Below, piece after piece: positions 62,068 to 64,000 of a stretch of 64,000 bases of DNA (the first letter of the stretch is position 1; the number at the start of each line of letters is the position of its first letter). Source of the stretch: Eledone cirrhosa (Eukaryota); NCBI GenBank assembly GCA_964016885.1, contig OZ024765.1, positions 10,354,001-10,418,000 on the forward strand, read 5' to 3'. Under the pieces are notes generated by a model. That model worked only from the letters and a program-made list of their open reading frames with translations, searched no databases and was not told the DNA's origin. The position numbers and the translations under genes were made by a program.

Positions 62068-63469
62068 TTGACTATATTATATGCATATATTATTATATCA
62101 TAAATATATTATACATACACACATATACATATATAATACATATACACATATATTGTATCATACATACACATTATACATACACACACACACTCATATATAT
62201 AAATATATGTGTGTATGTATGTGTAAAATGCCTGCTGCTGCTTCACAGAAGCTCAAAGTTGGTTACCTTTCATTATAGCATGGAAAAAAGTAATGTTGGT
62301 CCTTTTGATGATGATGATGATGATGATGATGGCGTTGGTGGTGGTGGTGGAAGAAAAATGTTACTAAAGTACAATTGGTATTCCTTTTATATACCATGTG
62401 GGCGTTCCCCCCTCTGTGTGTGTGTGTGTGTTTGTCTGTGTATGTGTGTTTGTGTATCTCTGTGTGTCTCTGTGTGTGTATCTATGTGTCTGCAGGTATG
62501 TGTATGTGTGTCTATGTCTGTGCATATATTTCTCTGTTTGCGTATGTCTGAGTGTGTTTCTGTTTATCTGCGTCTGTCTATGTATGTGTGTATGTTTCTC
62601 CTCTCTCTCTCTCTCTGTGTGTGTGTGTCTGTGGAGGTGTTAATGGTAAAGGTTGTGGTGGTGGTGGTGGTGGGGGACATGTTAAAGGATGGGGGTGGTG
62701 GTGGTGGTTTAGATTCAAATTAATTACCCCCCCCCCCCATGTTTAAGGTGTCTTGTCCCATGGTTGTGTGATCCCCTTTATCAACTAGGTGTAATTAGGG
62801 TAGATGGTGGTGATGGACGAATATGAACTTTGACCCTCTGTAAACAACTTGTTGCTGCTGCTGTCGCCTTAGCTAATTTCTATTATAAATTAGGGCTTTA
62901 AAAAGGCGGGAATTGGCAGTGTGGAGATAGAATGTTTTTTGGTATTTGTTTCGGCATTCTACCCTCTGAGTTTAAATCCTGCCGAGGTTAACTTTGCCTT
63001 TCATCCATTTGAAGTTGATATAAAAAGAACCAGTCTATTACTTGGCTCAACTCTTTCTCCATATATCTTTCTCACGTCTTCTCCCTCACTTTTAATCCTT
63101 CTCTGGACCAAATCGGCTGTGTTCAGACCTGGAAAGAAATGGGCTCCACCAGGCTTAACCCTTTAGCATTTACATTACTCTATGTTTTACTATTGTATTT
63201 TCGCAGTGAATGCCTTATCTCACATAATATTGAATCTACAAGATTTTGATGTTATTTATTTTGAGAACGATACCTTTGCATGATTATGGGCAGCCGGTTA
63301 CGGTTGACGGCTGGTTTGAACAGAAAGGGGTGAGAGAATTCTGGCCGGATACAGCCGGTTTAAATGCTAAAGGGTTAAAAATGCCCAAGAAATGCTGTGC
63401 CATTATGGTGCCCCTAGACTCAGGAATTATGGGATAAAGAAGATAGATAGATGGCTTTTAACTCTTTAG

Positions 63470-64000
63470 CATTCACATTACTCTATTTTATATTTTCATG
63501 GTAAAGGCTTTACCACACATAATTATTTCACATAACATTTACATTACTCTATATATACTATTATATTTTCATGGTAAAGGCTTTACCACACATAATTATC
63601 TCACATAACATTCACATTACTCTATAAATACTTTTATATTTTCATGGTAAAGGCTTTACCCACATAATTATCTCACATAACATTCACATTACTCTATAAA
63701 TACTTTTATATTTTCATGGTAAAGGCTTTACCACACATAATTATCTCACATAACATTCACATTACTCTATAAATACTTTTATATTTTCATGGTAAAGGCT
63801 TTACCACACATAATTATCTCACATAACATTCACATTACTCTATAAATACTTTTATATTTTCATGGTAAAGGCTTTACCACACATAATTATCTCACATAAC
63901 ATTCACATTACTCTATAAATACTTTTATATTTTCATGGTAAAGGCTTTACCACACATAATTATCTCACATAACATTCACATTACTCTATAAATACTTTTA
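63470..64000. repeat. 73-bp satellite derived from the left end of the piggyBac-type MITE, runs off the window
   Basis: Unit starts at 63609, 63681, 63754, 63827, 63900 and 63973; preceded by the MITE terminus TTAACTCTTTAGCATT. Confidence 0.93.

Noticed and set aside
61872-62723. 283-aa ORF
   Set aside because: A run of microsatellites ((GGT)n, (TA)n, (GT)n) that happens to lack stops.

Overview
AT-rich, repeat-dense animal genomic DNA; the SINE/RTE/(TA)n repertoire suggests a cephalopod, probably an octopus (inference). The only host gene I can support is a minus-strand DBHS-family RNA-binding protein (NONO/SFPQ/PSPC1/hrp65-like). Nine coding exons run from 23348 down to 986, with GT-AG junctions and phases reconciled by hand (1596 nt, 532 codons, no stop reached), so the gene continues past the left edge. 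The rest is a nested transposon landscape: RTE LINEs (two young copies inserted antisense into older ones), tRNA-derived SINEs, a decayed Ty3/gypsy pol, a CRE-like endonuclease fragment, two Helitrons, piggyBac-, hAT-, Tigger- and Tc1-type MITEs, and several tandem arrays. The most striking signal is a set of short (TA)n-embedded, often fold-back elements carrying minimal type-I hammerhead ribozyme motifs. Two have complete cores (14086-14177 and 39732-39796), one has a single core substitution (19998-20048), and several are half-motifs. They are consistent with Penelope-like or retrozyme-type elements. All structures were paired by eye; nothing was computed or searched.
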